Shown: positions 1 through 10,913, counted from the stretch's first letter. The stretch: 64,000 bases of DNA from a bacterium (GCA_004321745.1 SGYO01000002.1:47959-111958); one strand, 5' to 3'. Numbers and translations are program-made. The notes: generated by a model not told the origin, from the sequence alone.

Positions 1-1720
1 TAATGCTGTAGCTTGATTCACTTGGCAGGGCCTGCATTGCCTTTGGAGGATTAATACCGCCACTCCCCCAGGCACCTCTAGTTTTCAAGATAGACTTACC
101 AAAATTAAGTAAATAAGAAAAACCTAGTCGAGGGCTAGAATGAGTGCCGTAATCTTTCCCAAAATACTCATTCTGTTCAATTCTCTGACCAATTGTGACA
201 AAAAATTTATCTCTAAAATCTGCTACTAGCTCAGCGTAAAAACCTGAATTCTTATTACTTTGATCAACAATAGAAGCATTATCAAAGTCTTCATAATAAT
301 ACTGATCTTTCACTTCGTCGAGCTTACCAGACAATCTCAAATGATTGCTTATTGTTTGCTGCAATCCTGTGGTAAAATCTATTTTTAAGGCTTCATTAAT
401 TGGTTTCTTATAATTCCAAAAATAATTTAGTGTATATCTATTCCAATCTTCGGTTAAATACGACTGCTCTGAACTTTCATAATATTTTTTGTATAAAAAC
501 TTCTTTGAGTCATTTCCGATAACCAAGCTGTGATAAAGATTATTACTAAAACTCTGTGAAATATTTAAACTAAATCCAGGTTTATAATATTCTGTCCCAC
601 CATTTGATAAAGAGTCATCCCAATGAGATGGTGCATCATCCCAAGACCTATCATTTTTATATTCAAGTAAATGAAATAAGTTGCTAATAAATCCTTGACT
701 CCCCCAACTATGATATGTCTTAAGGTCAATTACTGCAGATCCAATCTTAGTATTTATAGAACCATGCATTTTAAGCCTATCAATATCACTTCCATTACTG
801 GGCATTACCTCCTCATCGATAGATTTATTCACTCCTAGACTATAGCTTGTTTTAGCGCTGCTACCTCCGCTTAACGTAAACATCATCTCCCTGCCTGATG
901 CATTTTTATCAAGAATAGGAGCCTCAGTAATTTTGCTGGCAAGCTTCATGCGTATTTTAGTCCTGTTTAAACTGGATCCTTTTTTTGTAAATATTTGAAT
1001 GATACCGCTCTGAGCATTTGAACCGTGAAGGGTTGATCCCATAGGTCCTCTTAATACTTCAATCTTTTCAATATCGGATGGGTCAACAAAATCAGCTATA
1101 CCTGGGTAAGACTGCATATCAAACCCTAATAGCTCTATACCATCTATATAGATCTTAACATCGCCAAGAGGCCTTCCAGAGCCGCTAGTACCACCTCTTA
1201 TCGTAAATGCAGAATTATTCTGCCCTGGCCTAGAGGGGAGGCTAGCAAATCCACCAGGAACATTACCTGTTAAGACCTCATCAATGCTTCTTACTGGCAT
1301 TTTCCTTAACTCATCTTGAGAAATTATAGTCACTGGAGATGCTTGAGCACGTTTTTTCCTCTCACTAAAACTTGCAGCCACTACTACTTCATCGAGATCT
1401 ACTAAAGACATGACAAGCTCAAAATCTATTTTTATTTTAGATTTATCTGGGTCAATTATATCTTTTGTCATTGTCCTATGACCAATGAACATCGCAGTAA
1501 TAGTAAATTTTTTACCAGATGGAATTTTCTTTATTTGATAGTTACCTTCAATGTCAGTTGCAGATCCTAAAGCAGTGCCGTCGATAAAAACATTGGCACC
1601 TATGAGAGGCTGACCTTTTTCATTTAAGACAGTGCCAGAGACAGAAAAAGATTGTGCATGTAGTTGTACGAATGAAATAAAGAAAAGAAAAAGGATCGGT
1701 TTAATCAAACTGTGAGTCAC
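1..1720 (-). CDS. TonB-dependent receptor, N-terminal part (C-terminus runs off the window)
   Basis: Not in the ORF track because it is truncated. My translation from GTG at 1720 reads MTHSLIKPILFLFFISFVQLHAQSFSVSGTVLNEKGQPLIGANVFIDGTALGSATDIEGNYQIKKIPSGK. That is a signal peptide plus a CarboxypepD_reg-like domain. A plug-like segment follows (...DIEKIEVLRGPMGSTLHGSNAQSGIIQIFTKKG). The start overlaps the upstream stop by 1 nt (TAGTG). Confidence 0.8.
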   Translation of the reverse strand, partial: MTHSLIKPILFLFFISFVQLHAQSFSVSGTVLNEKGQPLIGANVFIDGTALGSATDIEGNYQIKKIPSGKKFTITAMFIGHRTMTKDIIDPDKSKIKIDFELVMSLVDLDEVVVAASFSERKKRAQASPVTIISQDELRKMPVRSIDEVLTGNVPGGFASLPSRPGQNNSAFTIRGGTSGSGRPLGDVKIYIDGIELLGFDMQSYPGIADFVDPSDIEKIEVLRGPMGSTLHGSNAQSGIIQIFTKKGSSLNRTKIRMKLASKITEAPILDKNASGREMMFTLSGGSSAKTSYSLGVNKSIDEEVMPSNGSDIDRLKMHGSINTKIGSAVIDLKTYHSWGSQGFISNLFHLLEYKNDRSWDDAPSHWDDSLSNGGTEYYKPGFSLNISQSFSNNLYHSLVIGNDSKKFLYKKYYESSEQSYLTEDWNRYTLNYFWNYKKPINEALKIDFTTGLQQTISNHLRLSGKLDEVKDQYYYEDFDNASIVDQSNKNSGFYAELVADFRDKFFVTIGQRIEQNEYFGKDYGTHSSPRLGFSYLLNFGKSILKTRGAWGSGGINPPKAMQALPSESSYSI

Positions 1721-2505
1721 TACTTTAATAAGGTCATTTTCCCAAACATAATTTGATTCATGCTTTTGATTTTATAAACATACACCCCTGATGGAACGGC
1801 ATTGTACTTATCATTCAATCCATTCCATTCAACAAAATTTGTTCCAATATCAAAATATTTTGCAGGATACGATTTTATTAAATCTCCGTTGAGGGAAAAT
1901 ATTTTTAGATCAATTTGAGATCTTTCTAGCGCATGAAAATAAATTTGAGTGGATGGATTGAAAGGGTTAGGGAAATTGCCTTTAAGACTTATCCTCTCTG
2001 GCAAAATACTATCATCAATTGATAATGTTCCTATGACAAAAGAATCAATTTCAGTAGAAGATTGTTCTCCACTAGTGTTTAAGGCAGTAACCCACCAATA
2101 AATTTTATTACCATTGCCATAGGGATCTATGCGCTTTATATAATGATAATTTTGATACAAAAGATTATACAGTCTAGGCATTGCACGCATATAAATTGGA
2201 GCACTCAAAGAATTTTCCTGCCAATTTAAAACAACACCACCAGGTTCAATATCGTCTTCGTCTACACCTCCGTTAACTAGAACATCAACAAGAACTTCTG
2301 TATAAGGAGGTATATAATCTGGTAGAGTATCAACGGTGTTAAGGCCAACATGGTCTATAACAATAGTTGGTGGAGTGAGCATTAAGGCCTGAGTGCTCTG
2401 TGCGTTTAAAGAACTAGCTTCATCTGAAATATAGTCAGAATTTGCAAAGCAAAATGCCATAATAAAAAAACTGAATAGAATTACTTTATTACATTGGTAG
2501 ATCAT
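1720..2505 (-). CDS. Secreted protein with T9SS/Por-type C-terminal sorting domain
   Basis: Track ORF is 1720..2562. I prefer ATG 2505, which is preceded by GTAGGAGGGGGAGAT (AGGAGG SD) and gives the signal peptide MIYQCNKVILFSFFIMAFCFANS. The C-terminus (GNFPNPFNPSTQIYF...GVYVYKIKS...GKMTLLK) is a type-A sorting-domain signature. Confidence 0.7.
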   Translation of the reverse strand: MIYQCNKVILFSFFIMAFCFANSDYISDEASSLNAQSTQALMLTPPTIVIDHVGLNTVDTLPDYIPPYTEVLVDVLVNGGVDEDDIEPGGVVLNWQENSLSAPIYMRAMPRLYNLLYQNYHYIKRIDPYGNGNKIYWWVTALNTSGEQSSTEIDSFVIGTLSIDDSILPERISLKGNFPNPFNPSTQIYFHALERSQIDLKIFSLNGDLIKSYPAKYFDIGTNFVEWNGLNDKYNAVPSGVYVYKIKSMNQIMFGKMTLLK

Positions 2506-2521
2506 ATCTCCCCCTCCTACA

Positions 2522-3931
2522 TTATGAAGTTTTAAACTTAACCACTTTTGGTTTATTGTCATTTAAATGGCTATCAATGAATGCTTTTATATTTTCTGAA
2601 GATGGCCTCGGTGCATGTGCAGTAATAATCTTTCCCTCTCTATCCACCATCATAAATCTAGGAATTAAACTAACGCTAAAAGATTTCATAAAGGATGAAT
2701 TTAGACCCTCAGGATCATAAAGCTGTATCCCACCAACGTTTTTCTCGGGTACCATTTTTCTCCATTTCTGGTAATCTTTTTCACTATCTATAGATACACT
2801 AACAAATTCGATATCTTTACCTTCGTAATAGTCTACAAGTTCTTTAAGAGCTGGCATTTCTTTGATACATGGGCCGCACCATGTAGCCCAAACATCGATA
2901 TACACAATCTTGCCAGACAAATCTTTAAGCGAAGTCCTTCCTCCTTCAAAATTTTCATAGTTAAAATCGACTGCAACAGCTCCCGATGTATTTTCTTTTG
3001 CAGATTTATACCTGAGCAAAAGTTTATCTTTCATTCTCTCTGTAGTTAAAAGTGAATCAATTCTGATATAGTCCCTGTCTATATTTGAATTAGACTGCTT
3101 CATTTGCCTGATCAACATACTTGTAAATTGCTCTTTTATATCTTGACTATTCATCTTTTTAATTTGCCCTTCAACAAAATCAATAATATCAATTTGTTGA
3201 TTTTCTGCTAATGCTTTTTTGGAGGACAATCTAAAATTTTCAACCACTAAATTCCTGTACGCTCTAGAATACCTGAACATTTCATCATCGTTAAGATCCA
3301 TATTAATTACAGGTTCATAATAATCAGGATGAAGATCTGCGTTTACTTTTTTATGATAGCTGTAAAACTTTTGATAATTATTGTAGGCTTGTAGGTATTC
3401 ATAATGAATTATTCTTTTTTCAATTTTTTTAGTCTTTTCACTTAGTTGAGTATTACTATCCAATAATTGTAAAAGTTGTCTTTTGGTATTCTCTATTTTT
3501 GACAGGAATTCATCCAAAGGAACAACAAAATATTCCTTAGCATCCCCAACAAGCTTTGATCGAAGTTTTGACTTTGAGACATTATAATTATTTTCTTTTT
3601 GTAATGTACCTGAATAAGAAATTTTCTGGAAAAAGCTATCTGCATCTATATCTACGAATACTTTATTATTAGGAGAAAAAAATACTGTTGTGTATGACCT
3701 GCCTATTTGAAAGTAATAATAGCCTTCTTCATCTATCAAAAAGGAACCATTAAAATTCCCCGAAGAATCAATCTGAATTTCCTCACTCAAGCTGCTTTTG
3801 TAGTTCGATACCTTGACAATGGACTCAGTATTATTCTTTATCTTGCCCGCAAAAGTGATATTACTTTTTTCAATTCCTGAGCAAGAAAATAATAGTATAA
3901 GAAATATGGTAAGACTTAAATGAAACTTCAT
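2522..3931 (-). CDS. TlpA/ResA-like thiol:disulfide oxidoreductase lipoprotein (thioredoxin fold)
   Basis: 469 aa with lipobox LLFSCSG. The C-terminal thioredoxin domain carries the WATWCGPC active site. The N-terminal beta-rich domain plus helical linker is typical of long TlpA-family proteins. Confidence 0.8.
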   Translation of the reverse strand: MKFHLSLTIFLILLFSCSGIEKSNITFAGKIKNNTESIVKVSNYKSSLSEEIQIDSSGNFNGSFLIDEEGYYYFQIGRSYTTVFFSPNNKVFVDIDADSFFQKISYSGTLQKENNYNVSKSKLRSKLVGDAKEYFVVPLDEFLSKIENTKRQLLQLLDSNTQLSEKTKKIEKRIIHYEYLQAYNNYQKFYSYHKKVNADLHPDYYEPVINMDLNDDEMFRYSRAYRNLVVENFRLSSKKALAENQQIDIIDFVEGQIKKMNSQDIKEQFTSMLIRQMKQSNSNIDRDYIRIDSLLTTERMKDKLLLRYKSAKENTSGAVAVDFNYENFEGGRTSLKDLSGKIVYIDVWATWCGPCIKEMPALKELVDYYEGKDIEFVSVSIDSEKDYQKWRKMVPEKNVGGIQLYDPEGLNSSFMKSFSVSLIPRFMMVDREGKIITAHAPRPSSENIKAFIDSHLNDNKPKVVKFKTS

Positions 3932-3987
3932 TGACTATAAAGTTAAATTAATTAACTGATCATTTCCTATTTTATATGACTAGAACT

Positions 3988-6900
3988 TTAGAATGTCGAA
4001 CTAAATAACTCAGGTAAATTAGAGAAATTTATTTCATCTTTTGAACCATTAGGCCATTTTATAATCATTTTTTTGATATCAGATTTATTGCCAATATAGA
4101 TCACAGGTCCAGATTGTGATAAATATCCTGAACTACCACTAAGCTGATGCATTTGAATGTTTCCATTGTTAAAATGAAGCCAGATCTTTGCTCCTATGAA
4201 ATGCTTGCCCTTAGGAAGATCTGATAATCTTATTGCACTACCATTAAAATCAATATCATTTATAAATGAAAGAAATTTCCCATTGTTAACTCCTACTAGA
4301 AAATCAACTTTACCATCTTGATCAACATCATTCATAGTTAAACTTTTTGCATCAGCACTGACCACTAATCCACTTTCATTTGGGGAAATTGCTCTAAAAT
4401 TACCCGTACCATCTCCGATTAGAAGATGGCTTACGCCACCTCGCATGTATCCCGTTTCTCTTTGAGGCCCTGAAAAATTTTGGACAACATATAGATCTAA
4501 ATTACCATCACCATTAACATCGCATAATGCGGTACCAAATATCGGGCTAGATTGAACTATCCTTGGAAGAGGCTGGAAGGAAAATTGAATTTTACCCTCC
4601 TTAGTTGTTCTGTTTTCTATAATAGCTGAAGCAAGCTCATTCACTTCAAATTTTTGAGCTTTATCTAATAACTCTGGAGAATAAATCTGATCGACTGATG
4701 AAATAGCAAACTGGTGATAAGTCGGAAATCGTTCTTTAATAATTGGCATAGCATCACTAGAACAGCCTAGCCCTCTACGAGGAAAGCATACATTATCTTC
4801 AAATTTTGCCTCGACAATATTTTTCTTACCATTGCCCTCAAAATCTCCATAATATAAGATCTCGGGGTTTGAATATGAGGCCTTATATTTCGTATTATAT
4901 CCTGTATTTCCAACAATGAAATCGATATCTCCATCGTTATCAATATCACCAGGGCTTATACTACTAAACCATCCTATTTTAGAATCAAGGCCAACCATAG
5001 ATGTCTTATCATATAATCTCCCTTTATTATTAAGATAAAAACGAACTGGTCCCCATTCATACGTAACAAGAAGATCTGGCCAATCATCATTATTTACATC
5101 AGAAAAAATAGCTGAGGTAACCATTCCAGCATTAGCTAATGATGGTGCAACCTTTTGAGTTTCATTGATAAACCTCGCTCCAGAATTAATTAAAATGAAG
5201 GAACGTGGGCTTGAAGGGTAATTACCTGGGACAGTTCTACCTCCAATAAAAAGGTCGTCTCTACCATCCTGATTAACATCCGCGACTGATACTACGCTAC
5301 CACTCTCATATAGTTTGGGTATTAAACCATCAGCTGCCCTACCAAAATTACCATTCCCATCATTTATGTATAGTCTATCTTGTAATATTGGATCACCAGG
5401 ATCGCACTCCACTCCTCCACTAACAACAAATAGGTCAAGATCGCCATCTCGATCAGGATCAAAAAACACTGAGCCCATGTCTTCATATTTTGAATCATTT
5501 ATAAAAACAGGCTGAAATTTATTTTCAAATTTCTGTTTGCCTTTGTTGATGTAAAGTGTCGAAGGAAAGCCCTTTGACCCGCCAACAAAAATATCATCAT
5601 CCCCATCACCATCAATATCTCCCCATGAAACGCCAGAGCCAAGTTGCGATAATTTATTTGGTAACAGGTTCTCCCTTTTAAAATCATCATATATTTTCTC
5701 CTGATGAACAATTTTTGATAGACTACCTCTATCCTTCACAAACATTGGATTGACTTTAGACTCTCTTTTTTCAGATGAGGCTTTTTCTTTAATTCTGTAT
5801 GTTAAATTAGCAGGCAGGTTAGAAATAGATTGTTTAGTACCTGAAGGCCAGTAAATAAATAAACTATCTATTTTTTCTTCTTTTGCTATTCCAAAGTGTA
5901 ATACAGATTCGCTAGAGCTCATAAAACCACGAGAACTAGATAAATATCTTGTCAGCTTTTTTCCCCCATCATAAATAGCAATAACCTTACAGCCAAGGCC
6001 TTGAACATTACTATCTGAACCCTCTAGAATTACCCGTACTGAGTTTCCAGATTTAAGTTCATTGCGATAAATACGAATTTCTTCATCAAAGCCATTCATT
6101 ACAATGTCAAGATCACCATCATTATCTAAATCGCCTAAAGCGGACCCTGTGCTTACCCCAAAATAATCTAGGTTCCATTTTATACTGGTATCCTTAAATT
6201 TATAATTACCTAAGTTTTTAAATACCATATTACTTAGCTTATATGGTTTTTCATTTTCCCAGAGATCTGACTCTTTCAAAGCTTTTTCATCATTATTTGT
6301 TATGACCCTGAACCTGTCCTTTAAATCTCCGTTTACAAAATCCCTGGACATCCCATTTGTAAAGTAAACATCCTCAAAACCATCATTATCTAGATCTCCA
6401 AATTTTACAGTCCAGGTCCAGTCTGTCGCTGCTAGTCCAGCTAAATATGCTATTTCCATAAATCTTTCAGTACCAGTATTCAAAAATAAAGTGTTCCTCA
6501 TATACTGAGGAGGATTTGGAAAATTTAAAAACCATGCTTCGCTATTTGGCCCACTCATCGAACCCATTGATACTTTATCTCTGTAATGATTACTGCCAGC
6601 CATATCTGAAGCCATCAAATCCATTAGTCCATCATTGTTAATGTCGCTATAATCAGACCCCATTGAAAACCATGGGGTGTAAGGAAGAGCACTTGAAACA
6701 ACATCTTTAAATTGAGTAATTCCATCCTTATCTTGCCCTATATTCTGAAATAAATGATCTGGTCCCATATAATCATTTGCAACATAAAGATCAGGTAATC
6801 CATCGTCATTATAATCCCACCAAGTTGCCGATAATCCGTAATAAGGATTTTTACCTATACCAGATTCTTTGGTCACATTAATAAATTTACCATTATCATT

Positions 6901-7797
6901 GAGATATAGGTGATCAAACTGCCCTGCATTTACCAGCAATGGGACTTTACCAGGTCTTTTAATAAAGTACCCCACCTCTTCATATTTTGGATCTATAACG
7001 TATGGATCAGGTTTGTTTTTGAGCGTTTTAACATTTAGCGTTGAATCAGTATCCTGAAGTCTATTGGTAATTAAATATGCATCTAGATCTCCATCTAAAT
7101 CGATGTCAGCAAATGACATCGATACGCTCGCGCCGCTAAAATCTAATCCAAATTCTCCAGCAGACTCATTGAATTTGCCACGATTGTTTATATAAAGTTT
7201 GTTAGGACTATCGAAAGCGCAAACATAAATATCCAACCAGCCATCGTTATTAATATCAATAAAAGAAACACCTGTACTCCAAAAAGGAGCTGAGTTAATA
7301 CCTACCTTTTTTGTAACATCTTTAAATTTAAACCCACCAATATTCTGAAAAAGTTTTCCTCCGTCCTGCTGTCTAGCTAAATATAAATCCTGTAAACCAT
7401 CATTATTGTAATCTCCTACAGCAACACCTGCGGAAATAAATGAATTACCTAGCTGACCTTTATATTTCTTATCTGGATTCCAACTATTTTTAAAATTAAA
7501 ACCGGATGAAACTGAATCAACATGAATGTACTCTCCAGCAAGTTTGTCATTATCTTCTGATTGGAAAAATGGCCTAGCTTCTACAATGTAATCTCCATCT
7601 AATAAAGCATTTAACATATCCTGCATCTCATCAGATAGTTTTACTTTATTTTTACTAGTAGAACCGGAGGAATCGCAACTGAAAAAAAAGCTCACTAAAA
7701 TGACCATTGATAATTTGATTAATGAAAGCATGATTAAATTTTGCGAGAAAAAAATTTTAAAAACTAAATTGGAGGTGGATATATTTTTTTTACTCAT
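3988..7797 (-). CDS. Giant FG-GAP/VCBS-repeat lipoprotein with two tandem CRTAC1/ASPIC-UnbV-type modules
   Basis: 1269 aa with lipobox FFFSCDS. It has repeated Ca-binding FG-GAP motifs (DYNNDGLQDLY, DINNDGWLDIY, DLDNDGDLDI, DIDGDGDDDIF, DIDNDGDIDF, DVNGDGNLDLY). There are two UnbV/ASPIC-like segments (VRVILEGSDSNVQGLGCKV...SSRGFMSSSE and GAKIWLHFNNGN...GSSGYLSQSG). The true start may be ATG 7731 (MLSLIKLSMVILVSFFFSC). Confidence 0.75.
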   Translation of the reverse strand: MSKKNISTSNLVFKIFFSQNLIMLSLIKLSMVILVSFFFSCDSSGSTSKNKVKLSDEMQDMLNALLDGDYIVEARPFFQSEDNDKLAGEYIHVDSVSSGFNFKNSWNPDKKYKGQLGNSFISAGVAVGDYNNDGLQDLYLARQQDGGKLFQNIGGFKFKDVTKKVGINSAPFWSTGVSFIDINNDGWLDIYVCAFDSPNKLYINNRGKFNESAGEFGLDFSGASVSMSFADIDLDGDLDAYLITNRLQDTDSTLNVKTLKNKPDPYVIDPKYEEVGYFIKRPGKVPLLVNAGQFDHLYLNDNGKFINVTKESGIGKNPYYGLSATWWDYNDDGLPDLYVANDYMGPDHLFQNIGQDKDGITQFKDVVSSALPYTPWFSMGSDYSDINNDGLMDLMASDMAGSNHYRDKVSMGSMSGPNSEAWFLNFPNPPQYMRNTLFLNTGTERFMEIAYLAGLAATDWTWTVKFGDLDNDGFEDVYFTNGMSRDFVNGDLKDRFRVITNNDEKALKESDLWENEKPYKLSNMVFKNLGNYKFKDTSIKWNLDYFGVSTGSALGDLDNDGDLDIVMNGFDEEIRIYRNELKSGNSVRVILEGSDSNVQGLGCKVIAIYDGGKKLTRYLSSSRGFMSSSESVLHFGIAKEEKIDSLFIYWPSGTKQSISNLPANLTYRIKEKASSEKRESKVNPMFVKDRGSLSKIVHQEKIYDDFKRENLLPNKLSQLGSGVSWGDIDGDGDDDIFVGGSKGFPSTLYINKGKQKFENKFQPVFINDSKYEDMGSVFFDPDRDGDLDLFVVSGGVECDPGDPILQDRLYINDGNGNFGRAADGLIPKLYESGSVVSVADVNQDGRDDLFIGGRTVPGNYPSSPRSFILINSGARFINETQKVAPSLANAGMVTSAIFSDVNNDDWPDLLVTYEWGPVRFYLNNKGRLYDKTSMVGLDSKIGWFSSISPGDIDNDGDIDFIVGNTGYNTKYKASYSNPEILYYGDFEGNGKKNIVEAKFEDNVCFPRRGLGCSSDAMPIIKERFPTYHQFAISSVDQIYSPELLDKAQKFEVNELASAIIENRTTKEGKIQFSFQPLPRIVQSSPIFGTALCDVNGDGNLDLYVVQNFSGPQRETGYMRGGVSHLLIGDGTGNFRAISPNESGLVVSADAKSLTMNDVDQDGKVDFLVGVNNGKFLSFINDIDFNGSAIRLSDLPKGKHFIGAKIWLHFNNGNIQMHQLSGSSGYLSQSGPVIYIGNKSDIKKMIIKWPNGSKDEINFSNLPELFSSTF

Positions 7798-7908
7798 TAA
7801 AATGTATTAAATCTTAAACAGGTTAATTTTTAAAATAAATAAAACTTCGTACCAATATTAAAAATACGCTACTTTTAAACTTAGAAGATATATAAATAAT
7901 TACAAGTA

Positions 7909-8565
7909 ATGAAAAATAATGAAAGCCTGATGGTTATTGACCCAGCGGTGGTCACACCCTCTTTAGAGTCTTTTAACCGTATCGTTAAAGTAGCCCCTTT
8001 CAAGGTTACATACCACCTACCAGCTCTTTACGGTACAAAAAGTATGCATAACGAATTCAATAAAAACACATTAGGTATCCTTATCCTTGGCAGCGCTACA
8101 TCAGTAAATGATAAGAATAAGTGGCAAGATGAAATAGAAAAAGTGATTTTACAAGCTACAGAAATTAATATTCCAATTATGGGGTTGTGCTACGGCCATC
8201 AACTAATTGGTAAAATTTTTGGTGGAATAGTAGAGCCGCTTTGGAATGAAAAGATTGCGAGAGGAAATCGTAAAGTAAACATTAAAAAAAGTTCTATGTG
8301 GGGGAGTTCTAAATCTGGATTATTGCTCTACTCTCATCAGGATGGAATTACAACACCCCCGCCAACGTTTAATGTAATTGCTTCGAGCGAAATGGTTGAT
8401 ATTGAAGGGATTGAATCAACAGAAAAACCAATTTGGGGATTCCAGGCACATTTAGAGGCAACGGAAGCATTTGTTGAGGAGCATAACCTTGGAATTGAGG
8501 GAGCTAATGAGTCATTCAATTTTGGACATATGCTACTTGATACATTTGTTTTATCATTAAAATGA
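7909..8565 (+). CDS. Class I glutamine amidotransferase-like protein (GATase1/peptidase C26 fold)
   Basis: 218 aa. The nucleophile-elbow motif is GLCYGHQL and the His-Glu motif is FQAHLE. It overlaps the next gene by 4 nt. Confidence 0.7.
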   Translation: MKNNESLMVIDPAVVTPSLESFNRIVKVAPFKVTYHLPALYGTKSMHNEFNKNTLGILILGSATSVNDKNKWQDEIEKVILQATEINIPIMGLCYGHQLIGKIFGGIVEPLWNEKIARGNRKVNIKKSSMWGSSKSGLLLYSHQDGITTPPPTFNVIASSEMVDIEGIESTEKPIWGFQAHLEATEAFVEEHNLGIEGANESFNFGHMLLDTFVLSLK

Positions 8566-9980
8566 TTGATATGTTTAAGCAGAGCTTCAATTTTATTTTA
8601 CTTTTTTTTGCAGCAATAATTTCGAGCTGCACGCCTCCAAAATCTTTCTACAAAATGGAAGGTTCAATAGACCTTAGAAATAAGATCAATAAAATCATTG
8701 AAAATTCTGAAATCGATTTAAATATGAGCATTCAAGTCATATCTCTAAAAGATAATAAAGTAATTTATGACTATAATAGCCAAAAACTATTAATGCCAGC
8801 TAGTACAAATAAACTCTACGCCTGTGCTGCCGCATTAAATTTTTTAGAAAAGGATCATCAATTTGGAACTGATGTTTTTTCTGATACAAAGAACCTAATT
8901 CTAAAGGGAGGTGGAGACCCAGACTTATCTATCATAGAATTAGATTCTCTTGCCTTAGAGGTATCAAAAAAATATAAAAATATTGATACCCTTTTTATCG
9001 ATGATACCTTTCTTGATAGTTTAAACTATGGAGAGGGCTGGATGTGGGATGAAGGGGCATGGTGGTATGCAGCTCCAATAAGTGCTCTTTCAGTAAATGA
9101 TAATTGTATTGATTTTTACATTAAACCAGGTCCTGCAGGAAAGGCTGCATTCATTGATTACTATCCTAAAACATCTTTTATTAATCTTAAAAATGAATCA
9201 ATTACTGTTCAGGATTCTGTACAAAAAAGATTAAAAATTGACAGAGATTGGGTTTTGAACAAAAATAACTTTAATGCATATGGGGAAATCAATGACACTT
9301 CTGGTGTAGATACGCTTTACAGGAATATTTACGACCCTTCTACTTTCACTGGGGTAGTATTTAAAGAATCTCTAGAAAAGTATGGAGCAAGAGTAAAAAC
9401 CATTTCAAAAAAGAAGACATCAAATAAAAGCTATAAAAAAGTAAGCAATCATCTATCAAAGCCTTTAATACATTCTGCTACAAACTTAATGAATGAGAGT
9501 GATAACCTTTCTGCCGAACTTTTTGTTAAATCTATCGGAGCTTTAGATACATTACCTGGTACATGGAAAGTTGGCTTAGATAGCATAAAATCTTTTCTAG
9601 CGAAAGAAGTACTGATCGATACATCCAATATAAGACTAGCTGATGCGTCTGGCGTTTCTAGATATAATTTGACCAGCGCAGCTCAGTTAAATTCATTGCT
9701 TAAATGGATGTATAATAGTGAATATAAAGATGATTTTATTTCAACTCTTCCTAGAGGAGGCTCGAAGAACAGTACTCTAGAAAAGCGTTTAATAGATGAG
9801 GGCGAACTAGTAAGGGCAAAAACTGGTGGATTATCAGGAGTTCGAAACCTTGCTGGCTATATAAAATCAAAAAAGTATGGTGATGTGGCATTTTCCATTC
9901 TAATGAATGGCTATACTGACTACTCTTCCAGATATGCCCGCGTTCAGGATCAAATTGTAAAAAGTATTATATATGATTAA
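8562..9980 (+). CDS. dacB: D-alanyl-D-alanine carboxypeptidase/endopeptidase, PBP4 type (peptidase S13)
   Basis: 472 aa with lipobox IISSCTP. It has the SxxK motif PASTNKL and the KTG motif AKTGGLSG. Length and layout are PBP4-like. Confidence 0.8.
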   Translation: MIDMFKQSFNFILLFFAAIISSCTPPKSFYKMEGSIDLRNKINKIIENSEIDLNMSIQVISLKDNKVIYDYNSQKLLMPASTNKLYACAAALNFLEKDHQFGTDVFSDTKNLILKGGGDPDLSIIELDSLALEVSKKYKNIDTLFIDDTFLDSLNYGEGWMWDEGAWWYAAPISALSVNDNCIDFYIKPGPAGKAAFIDYYPKTSFINLKNESITVQDSVQKRLKIDRDWVLNKNNFNAYGEINDTSGVDTLYRNIYDPSTFTGVVFKESLEKYGARVKTISKKKTSNKSYKKVSNHLSKPLIHSATNLMNESDNLSAELFVKSIGALDTLPGTWKVGLDSIKSFLAKEVLIDTSNIRLADASGVSRYNLTSAAQLNSLLKWMYNSEYKDDFISTLPRGGSKNSTLEKRLIDEGELVRAKTGGLSGVRNLAGYIKSKKYGDVAFSILMNGYTDYSSRYARVQDQIVKSIIYD

Positions 9981-10905
9981 ACCAAAAGCACTTCATAAAA
10001 ACTCTACTATTGGAATCGTTAGCCCTTCCTATTGGTTAGATGTAGAAATATTATCCTTAACATCTAAATATTTTACAAACCTAGGATATAAACTGAAATT
10101 TGGGAAAAGTAATGATCTTAAATGGGGACCTTTTGCCGGACTTCCTGAGCAAAGAGCAGATGACATTAATGAAATGTTTGGAAGCTCAGATATCGATGCT
10201 ATTTTTTGCGCTCGAGGAGGTTATGGTGCCAATAGAGTTTTACCACTATTAGATTATAATTTAATAAAAGAGAACCCTAAAGTTTTCATTGGGTACAGTG
10301 ATATCACAGCTTTGCTGACGTCAATTACTCAAAAAACCTCCATAGTCACATTCCATGGACCGATGCTTACAACCTACAGAGATTCATGGGTTGAGTATAA
10401 CTACAGCCTAATGCAGAGAGTGCTTGCGGGAGAAAAATTTATTAAAATCTATAGCCCAGAAGGGCTAGAAACCAAAATACTAAAACATGGTGTTGCTTCT
10501 GGACCTTTATGGGGTGGTAATATGTGTCTGCTAATTAACAGACTAGGGACTGATGACAGTTTAAATACAGATGGAACCATTTTATTTTTGGAAGACATCG
10601 ATGAGTATTTATATTCCTTTGAAAGGATGCTTGTTCATATGAGAGAAGCTGGCATGTTTGATAACATCAAAGGATTAATTTTTGGTGAATTAAAAGATAT
10701 GAAAGACCAAGAAGTAAAATTTGAAAGGAATATTGATCAAATTATTTTAGATATCTGTGGAGACCTTAACGTTCCTATATTATCAAATTTCCCTTGCGGT
10801 CATGGAAAATTCCAATCAACATTACCTCTTTCCATTAACACTGAAATTGATACAAAAAACAAAGAAATGCCGGTTACTTTAATTGATAACGCGGTTCAAC
10901 TATAG
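9973..10905 (+). CDS. ldcA: LD-carboxypeptidase (muramoyltetrapeptide carboxypeptidase, peptidase S66)
   Basis: 310 aa. It has the nucleophile motif GYSDITAL, the ARGGYGANR motif and a C-terminal FPCGHG (His). It overlaps dacB by 8 nt. Confidence 0.8.
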   Translation: MIKPKALHKNSTIGIVSPSYWLDVEILSLTSKYFTNLGYKLKFGKSNDLKWGPFAGLPEQRADDINEMFGSSDIDAIFCARGGYGANRVLPLLDYNLIKENPKVFIGYSDITALLTSITQKTSIVTFHGPMLTTYRDSWVEYNYSLMQRVLAGEKFIKIYSPEGLETKILKHGVASGPLWGGNMCLLINRLGTDDSLNTDGTILFLEDIDEYLYSFERMLVHMREAGMFDNIKGLIFGELKDMKDQEVKFERNIDQIILDICGDLNVPILSNFPCGHGKFQSTLPLSINTEIDTKNKEMPVTLIDNAVQL

Positions 10906-10913
10906 ATTTATTT

